From NCBI GenBank assembly GCA_963848135.1, contig CAWKCK010000018.1, forward strand, positions 324,938 to 388,937: a DNA stretch of 64,000 nt, read 5' to 3'. Below are positions 9,974-19,613 of the stretch, one piece after another. The position numbers were made by a program, and so were the translations under genes. Position 1 is the first letter of the stretch, and every line of letters begins with the position of its first letter. The notes below the pieces were generated by a model. That model saw only the letters and a program-made list of their open reading frames with translations. It did no database searches and was not told the origin of the DNA. This stretch comes from an uncultured delta proteobacterium (GTDB lineage: Bacteria; Desulfobacterota; Desulfobacteria; Desulfobacterales; SG8-13).

Positions 9974-12900
9974 CTATTTATCTTTTTGCGAGATATTTTT
10001 CAACCGGTCGGCAGCGTCCAAAGCCAAGCTCAATAATGCAGGGATAAGAAATAGTGTAAACACGGTTGAGACGAGCAACCCGCCGACCACGACACTTCCC
10101 AGGCCGCGGTAGAACTCCGACCCGGCGCCGGGAGCCAGAACAAGGGGCAGCATGGCCATCAATGTGGTGATACTGCTCATGTAAATCGGCCGAATCCGTG
10201 ATTTTACCGATTCTGCAATAGCCCGCCGGTGCGGCATACTGCCATGGCGGATGTTATTGAGCGCCTGATGGACAATCAAAATAGCATTGTTGACCACGAT
10301 TCCCACCAGGATCACGAAACCGAGCATCGTAATGATATCGAAGAATTGGGATGTCCCCTGCAGCAGCGTCACATAGACGTTGACCAGCGCCAGCCCCACG
10401 AATCCGCCGGCAGCTGCCAACGGAACACTGAACATGATGATCAACGGATAAAAGAAATTTTCGAAAAGGGCGGCCATAAGCAAGTAACTGATGATGACCG
10501 CCAGAATAAAATTCCATTGCAGGGCCTTGCGGGTGCGGGTCAAATCATCGGCTGTGCCACCCATGTCGATCGCGTAAAGATTTGACAGGTTGCCCTTTGT
10601 CTTTATTGGTGTAACCACTTTTTCGCGAATGGTGTCCATCGCAACCTCGAGCGGAATATCTGCTGGCGGTTGAACCACCAGAGTGATGGCCCGTTGCGAG
10701 TCAATGTGATTAATCTGAGTCGGGCCTTCCTCCAGGCGAATGTCGGCCAAGGACCCTAAAGTGACCTTCTCGCCACCGGGCGCGATGATCGGAAGGTTCA
10801 GTAAATCCTGGGTTCTATCGAGTTTGCCTTCCCTGTTTTTGACGATCAGATCAATCTCATCACCATAGAGCCGATAAATGCTGGCCTTGGCGCCATCCAC
10901 CAGGGCATCGACCGTAACGCCCAGATCAGGAGTTGTGATGTTGAGTCGGGTCATGCGGTCACGGTTTGGAAATACCCTCATTTCAGGATTGCCCAGGTCA
11001 AGACCCGGTACAGGTCGAATACGGGCGCCGGGTAAAGCCTGAGCGGTCATGCCGTAGATTTGTCGCCCAAGACCAATCAATCGGTTCAGATCCGGCCCCT
11101 TGATCTGAATCTCGATCGACCGCCCCGTGTTGCCCCCCCGGGAAAAAAGGCTCGGTTGAAAGACAAATGGAATCATGCCCGGAATTTTACCTAAAACGCC
11201 ATAAGCAAATGGCAGAAGTTCACGGGTGCGTTCCTGCACTGCAGAAACAATGCCCATAAACACTTGCTGCCCCCAGGCAACATAGAAAAAGTTTTTTACC
11301 GGTGGCAGCTCCCTTTTGGCCGCATCCGCTGGCGGAGTGTCTCCGGGAATCAGAGGTAAAACCTCTCCTTCGATGATTTGGCCGATGCTCTCGAGTTCCG
11401 AAAGGTTGTAACCCGGAGGCGGCAAAAGCAGTCCGAATAACAGTTCGCGGTTTCCCTCCGGCAGATACTCCGTTTTGGGCATCAAAAAAATAACCAGGGA
11501 TAGCGACAGGGCCGTAAGGATGAAAGCCACGCCCAGCCGTGTCGAATACCGGCCGCACATCCAGAACACGAACCGGGCGATGCTATCGGTGAAACGGCGA
11601 GCCAGGTCCACCAGAGGGTTATAAAACTTCAGGCCAGAGCGATTGTTGTCAATGTTGCCTAATATTCTGGCCGACATTGTCGGGATAACGGTGATGGCGA
11701 CGATCAGGCTCAAAGCCACGGCACTGCTGATGGCAATCGCGATGTCCCTGAACAGCTGTCCGGCCTCTTCTTCCACAAAAATAATGGGAAGAAACACGGC
11801 AATGGTTGTCAGCGTGCTGGCCAACACCGCGCCCCACACTTCCACGGTGCCATCATACGCCGCCTCAATACGGGATTTTCCGGCTTCCCGATGGCGGAAA
11901 ATATTTTCGAACACAACAATGGAATTATCCACCACCATCCCGATGGCAAAAGATAGGCCGGCCAGGCTCACCACATTGATGTTGCGTCCCAAAAGGGTCA
12001 TAACCAAAAAGGTACCGATGGCGCTGATCGGAATCGAGACGGCGATAATTAAAGTGCTGGCAAAATTCCGGAGAAACAAAAGCAGGACAATAATGGCCAG
12101 AACGCCCCCGACAAAAATGTTTTCACGCACCAGGTTGATGGCACTGTATATGTAACCGGTTTCATCATAGACTTGCTTGACGGCGAGATCTCTATCAATC
12201 AGCACACCGGAATTGAGTTCAGCCAGTGCCGCTTTGAGTTCGTCCATGACCTCAAGAACATTGGTACCGGGTTCACGCACGGCATTGAGCACAATTGTGG
12301 GCGTGCCGATGTGGCGCACGACAACGGTGGGGTCTTTATAATCCAGCTGCACCCGTGCCACATCCGCCACAGTGACCGCGATGCCGTCCACTCTCTTGAC
12401 AATGACGGCTTCGATATCCTCCGGTGAAGTGTATTCACCGACCGTACGGGCGATATACCGGCGTTTGCCTTCGTCAAAATCTCCGGCGCTGATGTTGCTG
12501 TTCTCGACATCCAGGGCGCGGATGAGTTCCGGGATCGTTACCTTTCTCGCCGCCAATGCATCCGAATCGACAATGACCTGCATTTCGCGTTCTCTGCCAC
12601 CGTATATATTGACGGATGCCACACCGGCAATCCGTTCGAGGCGCGTTTTTACATGCTCGTCGATGAAATCATACTCTTTCTTGAGGTCCCCTGAATAACC
12701 CTTCTCGGCCCGGAGTACCATCCAGGCAATGGCCTGCTCGCGACGACCGCCTGACTTGATGACGGGCTTGTCAACACCCGATGGGTAATTTTTGACCTGG
12801 TCGAGTTTGTTGGACGCCCGCAACAAGGCATCATCGGTATTGGTGCCAATGTCAAACATAAGGCTGATATATGCATAACCATCCCGGCTTTCACTTTTCA

Positions 12901-13138
12901 TCTCATTCAGGCCATCGAGGTTTTTGAGTTGCTCTTCCTGAACATCGATGATCTCATTTTCAACTTCAAGCGGGCTGGCACCCTCCCAGCGGGTCTCGAT
13001 CGATATTTCTGGCAAATCTACATTGGGAGTCAACTGGATGGGAATTCTGAAAAGCGAGAGAGTGCCGAACAATAGTATCAGTATGACACCAACGCTGACT
13101 GAAACCGGTTTTTTTATGGCGGTGTCGACGAGTTTCAT
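9974..13138 (-). CDS. RND efflux transporter permease (AcrB/AcrD/AcrF family)
   Basis: 1054 aa, typical RND TM pattern, GMVVDNSIVV, SRIRPIYMS. Confidence 0.95.
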   Translation of the reverse strand: MKLVDTAIKKPVSVSVGVILILLFGTLSLFRIPIQLTPNVDLPEISIETRWEGASPLEVENEIIDVQEEQLKNLDGLNEMKSESRDGYAYISLMFDIGTNTDDALLRASNKLDQVKNYPSGVDKPVIKSGGRREQAIAWMVLRAEKGYSGDLKKEYDFIDEHVKTRLERIAGVASVNIYGGREREMQVIVDSDALAARKVTIPELIRALDVENSNISAGDFDEGKRRYIARTVGEYTSPEDIEAVIVKRVDGIAVTVADVARVQLDYKDPTVVVRHIGTPTIVLNAVREPGTNVLEVMDELKAALAELNSGVLIDRDLAVKQVYDETGYIYSAINLVRENIFVGGVLAIIVLLLFLRNFASTLIIAVSIPISAIGTFLVMTLLGRNINVVSLAGLSFAIGMVVDNSIVVFENIFRHREAGKSRIEAAYDGTVEVWGAVLASTLTTIAVFLPIIFVEEEAGQLFRDIAIAISSAVALSLIVAITVIPTMSARILGNIDNNRSGLKFYNPLVDLARRFTDSIARFVFWMCGRYSTRLGVAFILTALSLSLVIFLMPKTEYLPEGNRELLFGLLLPPPGYNLSELESIGQIIEGEVLPLIPGDTPPADAAKRELPPVKNFFYVAWGQQVFMGIVSAVQERTRELLPFAYGVLGKIPGMIPFVFQPSLFSRGGNTGRSIEIQIKGPDLNRLIGLGRQIYGMTAQALPGARIRPVPGLDLGNPEMRVFPNRDRMTRLNITTPDLGVTVDALVDGAKASIYRLYGDEIDLIVKNREGKLDRTQDLLNLPIIAPGGEKVTLGSLADIRLEEGPTQINHIDSQRAITLVVQPPADIPLEVAMDTIREKVVTPIKTKGNLSNLYAIDMGGTADDLTRTRKALQWNFILAVIISYLLMAALFENFFYPLIIMFSVPLAAAGGFVGLALVNVYVTLLQGTSQFFDIITMLGFVILVGIVVNNAILIVHQALNNIRHGSMPHRRAIAESVKSRIRPIYMSSITTLMAMLPLVLAPGAGSEFYRGLGSVVVGGLLVSTVFTLFLIPALLSLALDAADRLKNISQKDK

Positions 13139-13268
13139 TATTCCTGATCTATTCTATTTGGCAATAGTACCAAGTGGCCCGTTGAATCGAATGACTATTC
13201 TATTCGTAACGTTATGATATTGAGTCAATATTGAGATCTGCTGAAAAAAGTTTTACGAAACATACCGG

Positions 13269-14399
13269 CTAAGGATTCTGAACGATGACGGTCTGACCCG
13301 GCCGCAGCCTTTCGTTGCCGCGGATGACCACCCGGTCACCGGGCTTCAAATGGCCATCTACAGCAACATCGCCGTCATAATATCCCTTGACTATGACAGC
13401 CACCGGTTGGGCCTTGCCATCTAATATGGTAAAAACAGACCGATTGTCCCCGGAAGTGACGATCGCATCTTTCGGCACCAGAAGAACTAGTCGTAAATCG
13501 TCGAGACTGAAGGTGACCCTGGCCTCCATTCCGCTTCGTATCTTGAATGTTGGATTGTCAACCTGCACTTTTACGGGAATCGTCCGGGCTGCCGGGTTCC
13601 CTTCGGGGAGGATGACATACGGATTTCCTATCAACATTTCCTCCGACAAACTTCGTATCATAACATCGGCAGACCCATTCGGCTGAAGTTTCACCGCATA
13701 GCGTTCCGGCACGTCGACGGTGACCAGCACCTGACCGAGATCGATCAGTGTGACCACAGGGCTACCGGTGGCCAACCACTGCCCGATTTGAGTGTGCTCA
13801 TGGGCCACGTGGCCTGAAAATGGTGCTGTAATCGTCGTTTGGGATATTTCATAGACGAGCTGCTCTATTTCCGCTTCGTTCTGCAGCAACTCCTGTATGA
13901 GCCCCCTATGGGCATAAAGCGCTTCATCATATGCTTTTTCAGCCACACTGTTGGTGTCTCTGAGTTTTGAAACCCTGGCAAGCTCTTTCTCTGCGTTTTT
14001 GAGGTTGGCCAACACCCGCTCTCGAGCTGCGCGAGCCCCTTTCAATCGAAGGTTGAGATAGGTGGTACGAAGTTTAGCCAGCAACTGACCCTTTTTGACG
14101 AAATCACCTTCTTTTATCGGATATTGTTCTACGATACCCGGAATTTCCGCCGCAACCGTGCTCTCGGCAACGGCCGCTGTCGTGCCGATCAGGGAAATCT
14201 GTTCGGAAACCTGTCTGTTCTCGACCGTTGCCACCTGGACAGGCTTCCCCTGCTCGTTGCCCGGAGACGCGGAGCCTGCCGCGGTGGCAGCGCTGGGTTT
14301 CGTGATCAAAAAAATTACGGCGATAAAGCCGCAGACAATTTCGACATGACGGGGTTTTCTGTAATGCATAGGTCCCTCATCTCGGAACAGCATGTTCAT
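13269..14399 (-). CDS. RND periplasmic adaptor (membrane fusion protein)
   Basis: EGDFVKKGQLL lipoyl-like motif, ITAPFSG, VPKDAIV, LKPGDRVVIRG; upstream of the RND permease. Confidence 0.93.
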   Translation of the reverse strand: MNMLFRDEGPMHYRKPRHVEIVCGFIAVIFLITKPSAATAAGSASPGNEQGKPVQVATVENRQVSEQISLIGTTAAVAESTVAAEIPGIVEQYPIKEGDFVKKGQLLAKLRTTYLNLRLKGARAARERVLANLKNAEKELARVSKLRDTNSVAEKAYDEALYAHRGLIQELLQNEAEIEQLVYEISQTTITAPFSGHVAHEHTQIGQWLATGSPVVTLIDLGQVLVTVDVPERYAVKLQPNGSADVMIRSLSEEMLIGNPYVILPEGNPAARTIPVKVQVDNPTFKIRSGMEARVTFSLDDLRLVLLVPKDAIVTSGDNRSVFTILDGKAQPVAVIVKGYYDGDVAVDGHLKPGDRVVIRGNERLRPGQTVIVQNP

Positions 14400-14738
14400 T
14401 TTACAGTGTAATAGGATGGGGTATTTATCGGGCGAAATCGACGAAATTTCCAGGTTATTGACTTGATTAAATATTCAGAATTGCCCTAAGCGTCAACCAT
14501 ATTCAAACCAAAGCCGTCGATAATTGCCAAAAGAAGATCGGATCTCTATCGAGTCTACAAAATTTGGAGGAAATCAAATAGACTTCTAAAACGCCGGACA
14601 GCTTTGCATCGCCAAGGGTTATTCTTGACAATCCGGGTGGTTTGTGAGTTAATTAATATATTTATCGCCCATCGGGGATGGCTAAAAAACAAATAAATTG
14701 GGCTTCTTACTGCATATTGGTGACATCGGAGAGTCGTT

Positions 14739-16646
14739 TTGGCGAAACAGGACGAAATTTCCTCAACCGAAAAGCTTCTTGAACTGATCCGTAACAACAA
14801 ACGCACTCAAGAAATAGAGTCGACCGAACCCTCAACGATAGAACCCAACGAGACAGAATTCTCGAGTGCCAATAAGGGTTTCAAAAGCGCCGTAACAAGA
14901 GGAAAAGCTGCGAGTGTCGGCGTTGATATCGGCTATGATGACCTGAAGCTGGTCAAAATTCACAAGGCCTCAAACCAAAAGCGCGAGTTGTTGGATTACC
15001 TGCGCGTCCCCTTCGAACCTGACCTTTATCCGGGTCATCCCGAATTCTACAAATTCCTTAAAAAGAATCTCATACGCTTTTGCGGGTCCTCCAAAAACCT
15101 GGAAATCTGGAGTTGCATCTCTTCAGCGCGGGTTGAGTTGCGTTACCTGCGAATTCCCAAAGTTCCACAGAAACAAATCGCCAACGCGGTTTACTGGTCT
15201 CACAAAAAGGTCGCTCCCTATAAAGACGAGGGCGCGATTTTTGATTTCGAAATTTTGGGCGATATTGTCGAAGATGGTGCTACCAAGACCACTGCCATTT
15301 CCTTCACCGCACCGGACAAGGAAATCCAGCGCCATAAAAACCTGTTTGCAAAGAGCGGTTTTCCCCTCAAAGGGGTTACAATCGTCCCCTTCTCTTTTCA
15401 AAATATTCTACGCAGCCACTGGCTCCGCACGAACGTCAATACGATATCTTGCCTGTACATTGGTCGCGATTGGTCCCGTATCGATATATACGCAGGCGAA
15501 AATCTCGTCCTTTCCCGCGGTATAAAGGCTGGTATAAAAACCATGAACGAGGCCATGCGTGGTGAGCTGATCGAATCAGAATCAAACAACGGGCTTGAAA
15601 TCGTGCCGGAAATGATCGATTCGCCAGAACTGATGCCGCAAAAACCTCAACCTGACCCTCCGAAATTCGATCCGGAAAAAGCGCAAAAAATCTTCTTCGG
15701 TCTGATCCATGACATTTCACCCAAAGCAGAAGAGCAGACCAAGCTGTTGCCGGAAGAAGAAGAAATATTCCGCATGATCCTGCCGGCACTCAAACGCCTG
15801 GTTCAGCAGGTCGAAAGGACTTTCGATCATTATACCGCCAACTTCGACAACCGGCGGGTGGAAAAAATTTATATCTCCAGTACCGTTCGTCCCCACCGCC
15901 GTATCGTCGATTATATCGGTGATGAGCTTGGGCTGCCACGGGAAACTTTCGATCCTTTTGTCACCGACCCTGGTTTTCTCGAAAACGTGACCATTCCGTC
16001 TTCGGAAGCTGAGAGAGGCTCCTATGCACCGGCTATTGGTATGGCCCTTTCATCCAATTCACATACCCCGAACTTCCTTTTTACGTATAAAGAGAAGGAA
16101 AAGGCCGCCAGGAGCCGGTTTGCCAATAAAGTGACGCTGATTGCTGCCCTCGTCCTTTTGGGGCTCTGTGTCGGAATTTACGGTTGGCAAAACCATGTTA
16201 TTGATCTAAAAATGTTTGAAATCAGCAGGTTGAAAAGCAAGCTGGATTCATACACGGTAGCGGTCGACCAGAAACTGATCCTCAATCTGGTGGACAAGAA
16301 CAAAGAAAGAGACACAGAGTTCCGTGAGTTCAGCCGCAAGTACCTCGGGATGGTCGTTTTGACGGAAATATCGAATCTTACACCTTCGAATGTCCGTCTG
16401 AACAGTATTTATGTATTACTCGATAGCGACACATCCAGCGGTGGAAAGGCATCTGACTCAAAGAATGTGATCCTTGAGGGCATCATACTGGGAGATAGAA
16501 CGGCCATGGAAGCTACATTAGCCGGATATCTGATTCAACTCAGTGGATCTCCCCTCTTCAAACAACCGGTTATCAACCAAAAGGAACCGGGATTGTTCAT
16601 GGACAAAGAAGTCCTGCGGTTTACCGCCCAATTAAAATTGATATAG
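14739..16646 (+). CDS. Type IV pilus PilM-PilN fusion (MshI/GspL-like alignment protein)
   Basis: Actin-like PilM motifs (VGVDIG, AIGMAL), then PNFL, TM and a PilN-like periplasmic domain (LTEISNLTPSNVRL...FTAQLKL). Confidence 0.8.
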   Translation: MAKQDEISSTEKLLELIRNNKRTQEIESTEPSTIEPNETEFSSANKGFKSAVTRGKAASVGVDIGYDDLKLVKIHKASNQKRELLDYLRVPFEPDLYPGHPEFYKFLKKNLIRFCGSSKNLEIWSCISSARVELRYLRIPKVPQKQIANAVYWSHKKVAPYKDEGAIFDFEILGDIVEDGATKTTAISFTAPDKEIQRHKNLFAKSGFPLKGVTIVPFSFQNILRSHWLRTNVNTISCLYIGRDWSRIDIYAGENLVLSRGIKAGIKTMNEAMRGELIESESNNGLEIVPEMIDSPELMPQKPQPDPPKFDPEKAQKIFFGLIHDISPKAEEQTKLLPEEEEIFRMILPALKRLVQQVERTFDHYTANFDNRRVEKIYISSTVRPHRRIVDYIGDELGLPRETFDPFVTDPGFLENVTIPSSEAERGSYAPAIGMALSSNSHTPNFLFTYKEKEKAARSRFANKVTLIAALVLLGLCVGIYGWQNHVIDLKMFEISRLKSKLDSYTVAVDQKLILNLVDKNKERDTEFREFSRKYLGMVVLTEISNLTPSNVRLNSIYVLLDSDTSSGGKASDSKNVILEGIILGDRTAMEATLAGYLIQLSGSPLFKQPVINQKEPGLFMDKEVLRFTAQLKLI

Positions 16647-16654
16647 AAATATTT

Positions 16655-17191
16655 ATGGCCCAATTTAATCTCACATCGTTACCGACCAAAAGCCTTCTGC
16701 GTGTATTTTTTTTCGGCGGCGGGATCCTCCTTTTTATTCTCTTGGCCATTTTACCGTCACTGAAAGAATCTAAAGCGCTTGATAACCAAATAGTTGATAT
16801 CAATGCCCGTATTAAAGAGCAGCAGCTATTGTCGCCAGTTTACGACAGCCTCCTGAAAAAGTCGAAAATGAAACCGCCTTTGGGGCTGAATGTCGTCCCA
16901 TTAAAAAAATTGAAACGCAACGAAACGGATAAGGTCGCGCAGGTATTTCTGGAAATGGCCCGCCAAAGTAAACTGCAACTGGCAGATTATGCTCCTGAAA
17001 TCCAGTCACTGATCGGCGACACGGAGACGATGAAAGTTAATGTGCTGCTGAAAGGGGAATTTATCGACCTGCAGCCGTTTCTAAATCAGCTGAGCCAATT
17101 GCCTTACCTGGTAAAGATGGAAGAGATTACAATCAAATCGGTTAAAGACGCCAAGGAGATGCATTTGCGTTTGTGGCTGGCCCGCGAGTAG
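16655..17191 (+). CDS. PilO/GspM/MshJ-like protein
   Basis: N-terminal TM, coiled coil, LKGEFIDLQPFLNQLSQLPYLV motif; position after PilMN. Confidence 0.75.
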   Translation: MAQFNLTSLPTKSLLRVFFFGGGILLFILLAILPSLKESKALDNQIVDINARIKEQQLLSPVYDSLLKKSKMKPPLGLNVVPLKKLKRNETDKVAQVFLEMARQSKLQLADYAPEIQSLIGDTETMKVNVLLKGEFIDLQPFLNQLSQLPYLVKMEEITIKSVKDAKEMHLRLWLARE

Positions 17192-17339
17192 ATGACAGCC
17201 ATTAACATCGCGTCCATAGAATTTTCACAATTATTGTTAATCGGCACTGATACGGTAGTACAGGCAGACAATCGCCCTGTATGTTCAAAACGGTTGTCCA
17301 TCGTCGGGTGCCGCCGACGCTATCATCGAGGCCTCGGGT

Positions 17340-17840
17340 ATGTCAAAGCGTGAAAAAATAATTCTCATTATCATGGCATTGACCATCGTTTACGGCTTTT
17401 ACGCTTTATTCCTGGAAAATCCGATGCCGGTGGGGAATAAACTGGCGTCATCCGGGAACAAACTGGATGAATTCAGCAAATTCATAACGAACGTGGCCGC
17501 TCTGACCAAAGGGGGCCTTTCGGAGGAAGACGCGTACATAATTGAACGCATTCCTGTTAAATGGACCAAAGATCCCCTGCTGAATACACGACAAAGCTTT
17601 GCCTTCAAACCCGAAGAGGAAACAAAAGAAGCCGCCGTTGAAAAACTGGGAATCACTTATACCGGATATTTAAGGATGGGAAACAAGAGCCTCGCGATCA
17701 TTGATGGCCTCGAATACGAAATCGGAGATGAACTCCCCGAAAGCGGTCATACCATCGAGAAGATTGACGCCAACAAGGTGGTCGTCGTCACACGTGGCGG
17801 TCGCAAGAAAATAACCGTCCCACTGGAAGAAACGCAATAG
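17340..17840 (+). CDS. PilP/GspC/MshK-like protein
   Basis: N-terminal TM, WTKDPL, C-terminal beta domain TGYL...AIIDGLEYEIGD; directly before the secretin. Confidence 0.65.
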   Translation: MSKREKIILIIMALTIVYGFYALFLENPMPVGNKLASSGNKLDEFSKFITNVAALTKGGLSEEDAYIIERIPVKWTKDPLLNTRQSFAFKPEEETKEAAVEKLGITYTGYLRMGNKSLAIIDGLEYEIGDELPESGHTIEKIDANKVVVVTRGGRKKITVPLEETQ

Positions 17841-17854
17841 AGCAGCAGGTAGCA

Positions 17855-19447
17855 ATGGCACCCAAATTCAAAATTGACAAACGGCTAACGGGCCTGATCG
17901 GCATTTTCGTGATGGCAGCAGTGGTAATCGGTTGTGCCAACACCCCGGAGGAGCCTGAGAAAAGCTTTTTTGACGAGTGGAAAGCCAGAGTGGCCGAATC
18001 ACAGGCCTATACACCACCGCCTAAAAAGCATCTGAAGGACCCCCTCAAGGAGGAAGGCGAACAGGGTCCTTCGGCGGCAGACACTTTGATACCGCCGGCC
18101 GAGAAACAACTGCCGACCCAAAAAATAACAATGAAAATGAGTGATATCGATGTGGCCGTATTGCTGCGGGCCCTGGCCAAGGTCGCCAATCAGAATATCG
18201 TTCTCAACGATAAAATCGCCGGCAAGGTTAACATCAATATTACCGAGGCCCCCTGGGATGAGGTATTCAAAAGCCTGTTGCGCACCCAGGGCCTGACCTA
18301 TGCCTGGACCGGTGACATCATTCGCATTTTGACGGTCCAGGATATGGAAAACGAGCTACAGCAGGAGAGCCAGCGGATCGAGCTCAGTAAAGTCGAACCA
18401 CTGATCACCCGGGTGGTAAAGATCAGCTACGCCCAGGCAGCCAAGATGCGCGAAAACATGCAAAAATTTCTTTCAACCGGTCGAGATGGAAACCCGCTGG
18501 GAACCGTGCTGGTTGACGAACACACCAACTCGCTGATCATTCAGGCGATCCCCAGAGATCTCAGCCGGATGATCGATGTTGTCGAACTACTCGACCGACC
18601 GACGTCTCAGATCCTTATCCAAGCATATATCGTAGAGACCACCAATGACACGGCCCGGGCATTGGGTGTACAGTGGGGTGGGGCGCTCCTCGCCAGCTCC
18701 AACGGGAAGAACGCCTGGTTGGGTCCCAACGGCGTCGACTATAATGAAAGAAGATCTCTTATAGACGATAACGGTGACGACATCGAGTATCTGTGGCCGG
18801 TGGGCAACGTCTCCAACTTTCCGGTCCCTCTTCCGGACGACATCGGCCTGTCATTGGGATTCATGTATCAGAATATCGGCCGGGGCCTTCTCTCGCTCCA
18901 GCTCCAGGCGCTTCAGGATGAAGGTAAACTGAATATCCTATCGAGCCCGTCCATCACCACGCTCGAAAACCAGATCGCCCTGATTGAAGCCGGTAGCCGC
19001 ATCCCCACCCAGACGGTGGAAAACGGCGAGGTCAACATCACCTATATTCAGGCGGTCCTGCGGCTGGAGGTCACACCGAATGTCATCGATTCGGAGACCC
19101 TCAAACTGAAAATCCTGACCAATAAAGATGAGCCTGATTTTACCAGAACGGTCGCCGGCAACCCCACCATTATTACCAAAAAAGCGGAAACCAATGTTAT
19201 CCTGTTTAATGGGCAAACAACGGTTATCGGCGGCTTGAGTAAGGAAACGAAAGCGGATTCCAGTGCCGGTATCCCTTTTGTGAAGGACGTACCGGGCCTG
19301 GGCTGGTTTTTCGGTAACCGATCGCGAATTAGCGCCATGGAAGATGTGTTGATATTCATCACACCTTACATACTGGAAGAAAAGCCGTTGGATCAGATTT
19401 CGAGCGCTTCCGGCAAAACGATTCAAACCGAAAATCCGCCGCAATAA
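17855..19447 (+). CDS. pilQ: Secretin (PilQ/MshL-like), predicted lipoprotein
   Basis: Lipobox VIGC, STN/N domains, QILIQAYIVE, LSSPSITTLENQ, GIPFVKDVPGLGWFF, IFITPYI. Confidence 0.9.
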   Translation: MAPKFKIDKRLTGLIGIFVMAAVVIGCANTPEEPEKSFFDEWKARVAESQAYTPPPKKHLKDPLKEEGEQGPSAADTLIPPAEKQLPTQKITMKMSDIDVAVLLRALAKVANQNIVLNDKIAGKVNINITEAPWDEVFKSLLRTQGLTYAWTGDIIRILTVQDMENELQQESQRIELSKVEPLITRVVKISYAQAAKMRENMQKFLSTGRDGNPLGTVLVDEHTNSLIIQAIPRDLSRMIDVVELLDRPTSQILIQAYIVETTNDTARALGVQWGGALLASSNGKNAWLGPNGVDYNERRSLIDDNGDDIEYLWPVGNVSNFPVPLPDDIGLSLGFMYQNIGRGLLSLQLQALQDEGKLNILSSPSITTLENQIALIEAGSRIPTQTVENGEVNITYIQAVLRLEVTPNVIDSETLKLKILTNKDEPDFTRTVAGNPTIITKKAETNVILFNGQTTVIGGLSKETKADSSAGIPFVKDVPGLGWFFGNRSRISAMEDVLIFITPYILEEKPLDQISSASGKTIQTENPPQ

Positions 19448-19613
19448 GCGCATCTGGCGACCAACCGGTATGCAGCAAAGGCTGTATTTCTCAAGGTCAT
19501 TAGGGTCCAAAAAAAAACGGTACAAAGCGCTTTTTCTTCACTCCATCTGATTGGTGAAATATCCGGGAAATACCCCAGTAAGCAGTACTTAAAGAAAAAA
19601 CTATAAATGTGAA

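Noticed and set aside
14625..14655. Sigma-70 promoter for the pilus operon (TTGACA at 14625)
   Set aside because: The -35 is perfect but there is no convincing -10 at 16-18 nt spacing.
14667..14682. CCCATCGGG(G)ATGGC mini-hairpin, also at 63009-63022
   Set aside because: Too short and only two instances; cannot be separated from chance.
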